A stretch of 64,000 nucleotides of DNA from assembly GCA_964538275.1 (NCBI GenBank), contig CAZIFW010000006.1, positions 5,826-69,825 on the forward strand. The letters are read 5' to 3'. This document shows positions 56,207 through 64,000 of this stretch, piece by piece. This DNA comes from an uncultured Bacteriovoracaceae bacterium (GTDB lineage: Bacteria > Bdellovibrionota > UBA2428). Positions within the stretch are counted from its first letter, which is position 1. Each line of letters starts with the position of its first letter. A program made the translations under genes and the position numbers. The notes beneath the pieces are model-generated. The model did no database searches. It saw only the letters and a program-made list of their open reading frames with translations, and was not told the origin of the DNA.

Positions 56207-57506
56207 TTAAATTAAGCGTGTATTCTTCAAAAAAATTATCTTCAACATTTCCGGTTTTAATTGTTCTTAAGAGAAGTACATTTCCATTCGGTTTAAAACT
56301 TGGAAAGCTAATGCCCTCGTTTTCTTTCATGCCGGCAAACTCCCAAGTTGCTCCGTCTTCAATGCGGGTGATGTATGCGCCCAAGTTTACTTTTTGGCTT
56401 TCGTTTGTGGCTATATAGGTAACAAATTTATTATCATAGCTAAAATCTACTTTGCTTGTTCGAGTACCTAGATCAAGTACTGATTGGCAGGTCTTATCTA
56501 GGGTGTTTACTTTTATGATATGTGTTGTGTGAGTGCCTTCTGGGCCGAAGAGGTAGCCTCCAATCATTGTTCCGTCTTTTGAGAGAATGGGAGTAGATGC
56601 TTTTAAGTTGGGGCAGAGTAAAGTTTTGTTACCAATCGGAGTTATCGTATTTTCAGTTTCGTTAAATGAGAAATCTTTGTAGGCAACTTCAAGGCTCCAT
56701 GCCGTAATCACTCTGTAAGTGTTTGCCTCCAATATCCCAATAGACTGATATTGATCAGACATTTCGTCGTCTTGGTAGATAGGTGAAATGTTTAAAGCGT
56801 TAGAGGGGTTTTCAAAAATACTTTGGGCATTGAAAAACCTAAGTCGAGTGGGAAGGGTTAAAAAGCGAGCGTCTGGTGAGGCAATAAGATCAAAAGCACC
56901 TTGAAAGGGAATCTCTTTTAAATTTAGCGTATCAAAGAGATATGTTTTATCTCCCGTATAATAAGATTGAAAAACATCATTAACAGGTCGACTGTAATAG
57001 CCAATCTTTCGAGGTATTCGAATTTTTTTAAGCTCTATTATTTCAGCTTCGAGAGCTTTTTTTGTTAGGGAATTAAGAGGGGAAATAGAAATAGCTGTAT
57101 TGCACTGAGATTTGAGAAGTGAAAAAAGTTCCTTAAGTGTTGGACCTTCTTTAAAGCCTGGAACAAGTGATCCACAAATTCTTGATTTCTTAAAAAGTGA
57201 AATCGAAGGGTAATGATGAAAAAATCCTAACTTTATAAAATTCTCAGAAGCCTCAATAAGTGGAAATTTAGAATTTAATAATGGATTTAAGGGGTCGTTG
57301 ACTACTAAGAGTTTTATTTTATTCGCTTTGGCTAGAATTTTGATACCTTTAAGGCCCTCTTTAGACAAAGGCATGGCTTCGGATACTGCATAGACAAGAG
57401 TGAGGGGTTCGTTATGAGTAATTTTTTGGAATTCAGACCACGTTAGCGTTTTGCCATGAGCAAATTGAAAGATGAGTAGAAAGAAAAGTAAGAGTTTTTT
57501 CATCAC
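56178..57506 (-). CDS. Hypothetical secreted protein, 442 aa. Its 3' end overlaps the start of the PQQ-dehydrogenase gene by 29 nt.
   Basis: Signal peptide MMKKLLLFFLLIFQFAHG|K. No recognisable motifs. The C-terminal half has a beta-rich pattern. AT-rich. Confidence 0.45.
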   Translation of the reverse strand: MMKKLLLFFLLIFQFAHGKTLTWSEFQKITHNEPLTLVYAVSEAMPLSKEGLKGIKILAKANKIKLLVVNDPLNPLLNSKFPLIEASENFIKLGFFHHYPSISLFKKSRICGSLVPGFKEGPTLKELFSLLKSQCNTAISISPLNSLTKKALEAEIIELKKIRIPRKIGYYSRPVNDVFQSYYTGDKTYLFDTLNLKEIPFQGAFDLIASPDARFLTLPTRLRFFNAQSIFENPSNALNISPIYQDDEMSDQYQSIGILEANTYRVITAWSLEVAYKDFSFNETENTITPIGNKTLLCPNLKASTPILSKDGTMIGGYLFGPEGTHTTHIIKVNTLDKTCQSVLDLGTRTSKVDFSYDNKFVTYIATNESQKVNLGAYITRIEDGATWEFAGMKENEGISFPSFKPNGNVLLLRTIKTGNVEDNFFEEYTLNLNEEATHENF

Positions 57507-57623
57507 TCATAATTTTGCTTCACATTCATAAACTTACAAGACGCAGCTTGTGAAAATTAAAAATGGGACACAGGATAAGATCCTGCATCCCTTCTAGAAA
57601 GTTAAATAAAACTTACAATCGCT

Positions 57624-59186
57624 TTATTTAGAAGTGGGCGGAGTTGTAGTTTTAATTGCGCTAGCTTCAGCTGGTTCTGCATTGTTGTATTGGTTTCTGT
57701 GATAAGCAGTAAAATTGATCTGTCCATCGGAATAACCACTTAAGCTTAATTCGCTAATTGTCCAGGCTCCGTCTATACAATTGGCTGATGGGAGCCCTTT
57801 CAGATTATTTTCACCGGATATTCCTAGGTAAACGGAATAATCATTAGCCGAACAAGTTCCTGAAATTGAGTAATTGTTAACGTTATTGTCGTCAATGTTG
57901 GCAGGAGTTGTGATTGTGACTTCTGGTCTAACTGTATTTTTAATAAATGAATCCGTTTTAACTGAAGAGATACCCATAGGATTGGTGTGGGTAACGCTTA
58001 CAGAAACTTCTCCATCCGCAATGTCAAGGGCATCGGAACCTTCATCGGCCAAGTTTAAGTAAGTACGCCATATACCACCACTAGGTGCTTTTGAGTTTCC
58101 ATTACAAGCAGGATCAGCGTTGTTTGCGTTACAGAGATATTCTTCACAGTCTAGTACTTGTGTATTTCCAGCGACAGTTAAACTTACATTTTCGGTTCCA
58201 ATAAATTCACAATATCCAGATATTTGGTAACTTCCGATGTTTTCATTATCAAGTGTAGCATCTTCAAGTTCGTCATCATCGAGTTCAAACTCTACATTTG
58301 GAGTTGGAATTCTTCTTGGATTGTAAAGATATATTCCGCTATTGCCATCTCTCACTCGAGCTAGAACTGTAAAGAATTCGTTTTGGCCAACAGTTAATCC
58401 ACTTACATTTAAATATGGATCTCTACCTTTAGATGTTGGAGGGTTTATTTCTTCTTCAGTTTGCCAGTTTACTAAAAGGTTGTTTCCAGTAATGGCATTC
58501 GCTAGGGCAACTGTGTCGAGTTGGTTTTTGTTAAGCGCTTTTACAACTTTATACTCGATTGGAGAAGGGCCTACATTGTTTATATATGCTCTTGTCCAGT
58601 TGAGAGTCACACCACCAGCAATAATTTCTTGGAAAAATAGTCCGCCTTTTCCTACGGTTGGTGAATCATTTGTGAGAGTCGTCACAGTTCTTAGATCTAA
58701 AACTTCACCGTCATCACATTCAGGTACACCACGACTTATGGGAGCGCAGTAATCTCTGTAATAAATTGCAAAATAGTATTGGGTATCTGGAGTCAAATTA
58801 CTTGCTCCTGCGGTGTATTTTTCCAATTCTGTGTCGAATTGAAAGTTATTGTTAGGTTCCCAATCGACTACAACAAATGGGCCCACTGTTGGATCTGTGT
58901 TGGTAATTTCATTCGCAGAATTTAAATTCTGTATAACGCTTACGCCTGAAGCTGTTGCGCCGACAATTCTGAAATCATAAGTGGCAGTTGCTCCCTTAAG
59001 TCCAGTGTTGGGCGATGCCCACTGTACGTTAACGCTGTTGGGACTTAGGTTACCAAAGTCGATATTGCTACCAAAGTTGTTGGTAACTGAGTTAAGTGCT
59101 TTTGCTGCGTCACTGCAGCCTTGAAGTAAAAGACCCAAGGCCAAAGCAACTCCATAAAAAGACAATTTATATTTTTTAAAATTCAT
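57624..59186 (-). CDS. Hypothetical lipoprotein, 520 aa, with Ig/FN3-like beta-sandwich character.
   Basis: Lipobox LLQGC|SD. Asn/Thr/Gly-rich beta-sandwich-like repeats. No catalytic motifs. Confidence 0.5.
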   Translation of the reverse strand: MNFKKYKLSFYGVALALGLLLQGCSDAAKALNSVTNNFGSNIDFGNLSPNSVNVQWASPNTGLKGATATYDFRIVGATASGVSVIQNLNSANEITNTDPTVGPFVVVDWEPNNNFQFDTELEKYTAGASNLTPDTQYYFAIYYRDYCAPISRGVPECDDGEVLDLRTVTTLTNDSPTVGKGGLFFQEIIAGGVTLNWTRAYINNVGPSPIEYKVVKALNKNQLDTVALANAITGNNLLVNWQTEEEINPPTSKGRDPYLNVSGLTVGQNEFFTVLARVRDGNSGIYLYNPRRIPTPNVEFELDDDELEDATLDNENIGSYQISGYCEFIGTENVSLTVAGNTQVLDCEEYLCNANNADPACNGNSKAPSGGIWRTYLNLADEGSDALDIADGEVSVSVTHTNPMGISSVKTDSFIKNTVRPEVTITTPANIDDNNVNNYSISGTCSANDYSVYLGISGENNLKGLPSANCIDGAWTISELSLSGYSDGQINFTAYHRNQYNNAEPAEASAIKTTTPPTSK

Positions 59187-59394
59187 AAGCTCCTCCGCTT
59201 TAAATAGATTAGAGATTGCTTTGATAATTGGTAGTTCAAATTAAAACTTCTAAAGAATGTTACGCTGCGCAGCTAGTTTTTAAGATGCTTATTCATCTTA
59301 AATTAATAATCAAAAATAGCCTTCTATGTAATATGTCATCTTAGTTGTGTGTAGCTGGGAGATTAAAAAATCTAAAAAACAAGGGGAATGAAGC

Positions 59395-60132
59395 GTGAAA
59401 CAATTTAAATTTTTAACATTAGGTTTAGTATTGAGCGGAGCATTGGTGACTTCTCAGGTGCATGCACTTGGAAAAAACACCACCAATACTGGATCGAGTT
59501 CTCAGGTAAGCAGCAATATGCAAAACTTCTTGCTGAGCTTGGGACTTTTCTACGCTAAGACAAATCCGCAAGTGGGTCCTATTTTAACTTCACTTGGAAT
59601 TAACACACCCGCTGATCTTAATAATTTTCTTAAAGGCGATAAAAACGGCTCAAATATTCAAGATATTATTACAAATGCAGCTATACAGTATGCGTTTAGC
59701 AATCCACAATATGCAGGTCTTTTTGATCAAATGGGAGTTACGGACTTTGCAAGTTTAAAGGCTCTGTTAACTTCTGGAGGCGGTGGCGCTAATCAGCAGC
59801 TGTTGCTGAATCTTGCTTTTAATTACATGCAAGGAAATTCTAATTATCAGTCTTGGCTTTCGCAGTTAGGGGTGAACGATGCGAGTGACTTGCAGGGACT
59901 TTTGTCCGGAACAGGTGATCAAACAGATTTGATGGCTGTTGTTTTGAATTTTGCAATGATTTACGCTCAGGCCAATCCTCAGTACGCACCTTATATTATG
60001 TTGATCAACATATTACTAAATAATCAGTCTTCTGGAATTGTAGACATAGCAAATCCATTCTTAGGTTCATTTGAGGGCTTAAGCAATGCAGAGATTAAAC
60101 GTGTTCAAGCTGCTAAAAAGTTAAAACTGTAA
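59395..60132 (+). CDS. Secreted protein built from about four ~40-aa 'NPQY…LGV.D..DL..LL' repeats.
   Basis: Signal peptide (…VHA|LG). Repeats …AKTNPQVGPILTSLGINTPADLNNFL…, …FSNPQYAGLFDQMGVTDFASLKALL…, …GNSNYQSWLSQLGVNDASDLQGLL…, …AQANPQYAPYIM…. Confidence 0.5.
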   Translation: MKQFKFLTLGLVLSGALVTSQVHALGKNTTNTGSSSQVSSNMQNFLLSLGLFYAKTNPQVGPILTSLGINTPADLNNFLKGDKNGSNIQDIITNAAIQYAFSNPQYAGLFDQMGVTDFASLKALLTSGGGGANQQLLLNLAFNYMQGNSNYQSWLSQLGVNDASDLQGLLSGTGDQTDLMAVVLNFAMIYAQANPQYAPYIMLINILLNNQSSGIVDIANPFLGSFEGLSNAEIKRVQAAKKLKL

Positions 60133-60220
60133 ATCATTTAGAAAATGACTCGCAATGAATCACATCTTCAATAGAAAACAGTCTATTGAACAGAAGTGGT
60201 GGGCTCTAAAAAAGAGCTCG

Positions 60221-61273
60221 CTACTTCTGCAGATTTATTTGCATCTGGTAGTGAGCGGGTAACAACATCGGTACTAAGCCTTGAAAGGGATGAAGCTGAT
60301 CTAAGATGCGCTCCATAGGATTTGCATCTGTAGTGAGCTGACCTAAAATCCCGCCAATATTTCTTTTGGGTCGAGGTAGTCGCACAACTTTAAGATCACC
60401 GAGTTTTTTGTCGTCTTGAAGCCATTTGATGGCATCTTTAGGACCACCGTTTTTATCTACAAGTCCCAATTTTAAGGCCTGTTCACCCGTCATGATGCGA
60501 CCATCTGCTACTTCACGAAGTTTTTCGAGCGGGATTTTTTCAGAGCGAGTTTTAGCAATGTCCATAATGAATTGCTCATGCACTTCTTTAAGCAAATTTT
60601 CTAAGTAGCTGCGTTCTTCGGGAGCTAATTCGCGAAATGGAGATCCAACATCTTTCATTTTTCCTGATTTAATCGTGACAGGTTTTAATTTTGCCCAAGT
60701 TGCTAGACCTTCCATATTGAAAAATTGAAAAATTACTCCAATGGAGCCAGTTGTGGTTCCAGGAAGTGCATATATATCATCACAGGCAGCGGCCAAGTAG
60801 TAACCACCACTTGCGGCAACATCGCCCATACTGCAAACAATCGGAATAGTTTTCTTAAGCTCTAGTACGCGCATAAATAAGTCTTGAGTGGGGGCCACCG
60901 AGCCTCCTGGAGAGTTGATATAAACCAAAAGACCTTTAACCTTTTTCTCTTTTACACCTTCTTCAATTTCATCAAGAGCATCAAAAATATCTTCACGAGA
61001 TCCCATGATGACACCTTCGATATTCAGTTGAGCTATAACTTCGTCTGAAGACTTTAAGGAGCCTGTTCGAATAATGCGAGGATCAAAACTTTCAAAAAAA
61101 TTAAAGGTTCTATCTAAGCTAAAATATGTTGTGAGAGAACAAGATCCCACTACAAGAAGCGTGATTAAGCCAGTAAAGATCCAAGGAAGAACACGAGGTT
61201 GCTCAGGTGAGGAATTGTACATTCTGTAAAAATAACCCTTAAAAGCACCTTTCTCAAATACATTGCCTCTCAT
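60221..61273 (-). CDS. sppA: Signal peptide peptidase SppA (S49, 36K type).
   Basis: N-terminal TM helix and the catalytic Ser region MGDVAASGGYYLAAACD. Confidence 0.8.
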   Translation of the reverse strand: MRGNVFEKGAFKGYFYRMYNSSPEQPRVLPWIFTGLITLLVVGSCSLTTYFSLDRTFNFFESFDPRIIRTGSLKSSDEVIAQLNIEGVIMGSREDIFDALDEIEEGVKEKKVKGLLVYINSPGGSVAPTQDLFMRVLELKKTIPIVCSMGDVAASGGYYLAAACDDIYALPGTTTGSIGVIFQFFNMEGLATWAKLKPVTIKSGKMKDVGSPFRELAPEERSYLENLLKEVHEQFIMDIAKTRSEKIPLEKLREVADGRIMTGEQALKLGLVDKNGGPKDAIKWLQDDKKLGDLKVVRLPRPKRNIGGILGQLTTDANPMERILDQLHPFQGLVPMLLPAHYQMQINLQK

Positions 61274-61336
61274 TCTTATGGCTCAGCAAAAAAAGGACTT
61301 TGACGCCCTTGTTTAGAGTCGTTAATCTAGCTGCTT

Positions 61337-62233
61337 ATGGAAAAACTTGATCGAATTCGCGTAGCTACCTTGCAATATTTTATTCGTCCAGTATCTACTT
61401 ACGAGCAGTTTTTTGATCAAGTTGCGGGATTAGTAGAAACTGCGGCCGACTATAAATGCCACCTTTTAGTATTTCCCGAATACTTTACCGTTCAACTTCT
61501 TACGCTAGGTGAAATTAAAAAGCCTATTAAAGAACAGGTGCGTGATCTTGCTAAGCAATCTTCTCGTTTTGTTGAAAGTATGAAGACTCTCGCTAAAAAA
61601 AGCAAAATGTATATTGTTGCTGGAACAATTCCTGTATTTGATGAAAAAACTGGCGAGCTTATTAATCGTTGCCACTTTTTTAGTCCGGCGGGTGATGTAG
61701 GTGTTCAAGATAAACTTCACATGACTCGCTTTGAAAAAGAAGATTGGATTGTAAGCCCAGGAAAGCGCTTTAAAGTTTTTGATACCAACTTTGGAAAAGT
61801 CGCAATTGCGATTTGTTACGATGTCGAATTTCCTGAACTTGCTCGTACCGCAGCTCGAGCGGGTGCGACTGTGTTAATCGTACCAAGTTGCACGGATGAT
61901 CGCCAGGGTTACTTACGTGTACGTTACTGTGCACAAGCTCGCGCTATTGAAAACCAAATGTATGTTATTCATTCTTCTACTGTTGGCTCGCTCCCGATGG
62001 TGCCTGCGGTTTCTTTGAACTACGGTCAAGCCTCTATTTTAACTCCGAGTGACTTTGCCTTTTCTAGAGATGGTGTTTTGGCTGAAGGAATTCCAAATCA
62101 AGAGACAATGGTAATCGGGGAATTAAATCTAAAACTAATTGAAGATAGTCGTGCTTCTGGCACAGTACTTCCTTTGCTTGATAGCCAACTTACCGCAGAA
62201 TTTACGCGAGAAGTGGATTTGGTAACGTTCTAA
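61337..62233 (+). CDS. Carbon–nitrogen hydrolase (nitrilase superfamily) amidohydrolase.
   Basis: E-K-C triad contexts: …LLVFPEYF… (Glu), …FSPAGD…HMTRFEKE… (Lys region) and VAIAICYDVEFPELAR (Cys). Confidence 0.8.
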   Translation: MEKLDRIRVATLQYFIRPVSTYEQFFDQVAGLVETAADYKCHLLVFPEYFTVQLLTLGEIKKPIKEQVRDLAKQSSRFVESMKTLAKKSKMYIVAGTIPVFDEKTGELINRCHFFSPAGDVGVQDKLHMTRFEKEDWIVSPGKRFKVFDTNFGKVAIAICYDVEFPELARTAARAGATVLIVPSCTDDRQGYLRVRYCAQARAIENQMYVIHSSTVGSLPMVPAVSLNYGQASILTPSDFAFSRDGVLAEGIPNQETMVIGELNLKLIEDSRASGTVLPLLDSQLTAEFTREVDLVTF

Positions 62234-62919
62234 TGCCCTCTAAGAAGTTTCGAGTACGACGTACTGAAGAAAAAGATATTCCTGCGTTGATTGATATTTG
62301 TAAATTGGTTTATCCAGACAGTCCCGCGTGGTCTGAAGCTCAGCTCTTATCGCATCAAAAAGTTTTTTCTGAAGGACAGCTTGTTGCTGAATCTGTAGAG
62401 ACTGGAAAAATAGTAGGTTTTGCGGCTTCATTGATTGTGAATTGGGACGACTATGAGTGGGTCACTCCTTGGCGTGATTTTACTGACGGAGGAATGTTTA
62501 CAAATCATGATCCTGTGCAGGGTCGCACGTTGTACGGAGCGGAGATTATGGTAGACCCGAGTTGCCAGGGTACAGGATGTGGCAAGGCTTTATATGTGGC
62601 CCGACAAGAATTGGTTGAGCACCTTAAATTAGTTCGTATTCGTGCAGGAGCGCGCTTAAGAAGTTACCATAAATACTCTTCTAAAATGAGTGCTGAAGAT
62701 TATGTAAAGCAAGTGGTGAATGGAAAGTTGATAGATAAAACTTTAACTTTCCAACTCAAGCGAGGTTTTCACGTGTTAAAGGTAATATCAAATTATCTGC
62801 GGCACGACCCAGAAAGTTTGGGATATGCCGCAGTGATTGAGTGGATTAATCCCAAAGAAGCTAGCGAGCGACACTATGAACAACTTAAGAAAAGCCCTTA
62901 CTTCATACTGCCGTCGTGA
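62233..62919 (+). CDS. GNAT-family N-acetyltransferase. Its start overlaps the C-N hydrolase stop.
   Basis: Acetyl-CoA-binding-type segment …MVDPSCQGTGCGKALYVARQELV… (Q/RxxGxG/A). Translationally coupled to the upstream hydrolase. Confidence 0.6.
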   Translation: MPSKKFRVRRTEEKDIPALIDICKLVYPDSPAWSEAQLLSHQKVFSEGQLVAESVETGKIVGFAASLIVNWDDYEWVTPWRDFTDGGMFTNHDPVQGRTLYGAEIMVDPSCQGTGCGKALYVARQELVEHLKLVRIRAGARLRSYHKYSSKMSAEDYVKQVVNGKLIDKTLTFQLKRGFHVLKVISNYLRHDPESLGYAAVIEWINPKEASERHYEQLKKSPYFILPS

Positions 62920-63998
62920 TGAGTCCACAAGTGCTTGGGCCATGAATGTATAATGATCCTTTTCTTTTCGTGATCTATTGCAAAATAAATTCTCTTTTTA
63001 TTACTTAGTTTTATGTGCGGCCATGCAATGTAAGTAGTGCCTTCAAAGACAAAGCTTCTCTCTTCTTGAGCGATTAATTTTTCTTTCGTAACGCTTGTTT
63101 CGTCAAAGGCTATATCAAGACCGGTTAATTGTTTAAACAAGGCAGCTTTGCTTTCAAGATTCTTGGGCGCACCTTGTTTCCAAAGGATGTGCCACAAGCC
63201 TGTGAGTGAAGAATAAATTTCTTGGCTTAACTCTAAGTCTCGAGCATCAGAAACAGATAGAGAGTCTAATTGTTTTTGGGCCTGAGCGTTGATTGCGAAA
63301 GAATTTGGATGAAGAGCAGATGCAAAGGCAACGGCATTTTTTACACTGCTTATTCCCTGGACTTCAAGTTCTCTAAGCCGTTGCAATTCTGCTTCACTTA
63401 AAGTACCTGCACGTTCTAAAGAAAGTATTCTTTCACGAAGAGAGTTCTCTGCGGATTTACTACTATGAAGTTTGATCTCTAATGCTGCGATTTTCTGGTC
63501 TTTAAGAGTAATTTCATCTGCTGCAATTTCAAGAGCTTTGTCTTCGGCTAAGCGCAGTTGTTCAGCTTGATGTTGAGCTAACTCTTTTTCAAGTTTTTCA
63601 ATGCGAAGTCTTTGTTCTTCGACTTTAGCCCTAAGGCTCTCGGATTCAGTATTGTTAGGGTGTAGGGCGCTTTCTGTGCTCAGGTTTTGATTCAATGTGG
63701 AATCTACATCGGGTGTTGCTTCATCAGGCGTTCCAAGAGCAGTTTCTTCAGTTAATAGGACTTGAGCACTTTTAGCAGAATTATCATGCATTCCTTTCAT
63801 TCTTAAATATGTAGCTTTGTGAACAAGGTCGATAAGCTTTGCATGTTCAATAAAATCTATCAAAGTTCTATTAAGACCATTCAATATTAAAGGATCTGAA
63901 AGTCCATTTTTTAAATGTTTTGGTGAATATATAAAATTATTAAAGTGATCCAGTAAGAGCAAAACTGGTTGTCCGTCTTCAATCTCTGCAAGTAGCAT
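62898..63998 (-). CDS. Hypothetical coiled-coil protein. Its start lies 2 nt from the window edge and the true N-terminus may lie beyond it.
   Basis: Long Glu/Leu/Lys/Ala-rich heptad region (…LRAKVEEQRLRIEKLEKELAQHQAEQLRLAEDKALEIAADE…). Confidence 0.4.
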   Translation of the reverse strand: MLLAEIEDGQPVLLLLDHFNNFIYSPKHLKNGLSDPLILNGLNRTLIDFIEHAKLIDLVHKATYLRMKGMHDNSAKSAQVLLTEETALGTPDEATPDVDSTLNQNLSTESALHPNNTESESLRAKVEEQRLRIEKLEKELAQHQAEQLRLAEDKALEIAADEITLKDQKIAALEIKLHSSKSAENSLRERILSLERAGTLSEAELQRLRELEVQGISSVKNAVAFASALHPNSFAINAQAQKQLDSLSVSDARDLELSQEIYSSLTGLWHILWKQGAPKNLESKAALFKQLTGLDIAFDETSVTKEKLIAQEERSFVFEGTTYIAWPHIKLSNKKRIYFAIDHEKKRIIIHSWPKHLWTHHDGSMK

Positions 63999-64000
63999 AT

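Noticed and set aside
1-64000. Search for tRNA, rRNA or CRISPR arrays in the intergenic gaps (6080-6235, 15213-15412, 38174-38568, 40623-40838, 59187-59394 and others)
   Set aside because: No cloverleaf-compatible sequences, rRNA-like conserved blocks or regularly spaced direct repeats were seen. The only repeats are the palindromic elements reported above.

Overview
This 64 kb chromosomal window reads as Gram-negative, most likely a Bdellovibrio-like predator. That guess rests on a mevalonate-type cdsA–rseP junction, a Flp-like 'GQG..EY' N-terminus, and many lipoprotein, OMP and secreted ORFs; it is an inference, not a database result. No tRNA, rRNA or CRISPR array was seen.

The housekeeping backbone is clear:
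- A conserved minus-strand block rpsB–tsf–pyrH–frr–uppS–cdsA–rseP–ruvX–mltG.
- uvrC, yfgM-like–bamB, mlaEFD, pdxS–pdxT, mpl, rsmB, sppA and an M32 carboxypeptidase.
- A methylcitrate set (prpD, prpB, partial prpC) whose three genes are each separated by unrelated secreted or membrane ORFs.

The accessory content worth a second look, in order of interest:
1. An AT-rich four-gene block at 11230–15212 whose third gene (13832–14662) is a lipoprotein carrying all three hallmark motifs of C3/VIP2-class mono-ADP-ribosyltransferases. It sits with a 575-aa lipoprotein, a secreted protein with a methyltransferase-like fold but a degenerate SAM-binding motif, and a convergent secreted 175-aa ORF. This is my top candidate for an undescribed prey- or competitor-directed toxin locus.
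2. A 1093-aa signal-peptide, PT-rich, single-TM coiled-coil giant plus a DUF503 gene wedged between prpD and prpB.
3. A family of long-stem palindromic intergenic repeats (40291–40346, 51001–51104, related motifs at 38420–38530) and a separate 32-bp-arm nested inverted repeat (44071–44189). Each sits just after a stop codon at a gene end.
4. A 277-aa protein with a Flp-pilin-like N-terminus, a ~200-aa Gly/Pro/Ala-rich disordered core and a C-terminal TM helix, followed by a secreted KEKREE-charged protein. A second secreted protein built from ERRE/NRQE tandem repeats lies at 20929–21351.
5. A catalytically degenerate SpoIIE/PP2C-like domain protein downstream of rsmB.
6. A PQQ-type sugar dehydrogenase fused to a di-haem c-type cytochrome, overlapping a downstream secreted ORF.
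7. Lys-rich terminal tails on PdxS, PyrH and RpsB.
8. A type IV pilin–PilZ–FHA cluster.
9. A DHH/DHHA1 phosphoesterase with a ~145-aa unknown N-terminal extension.
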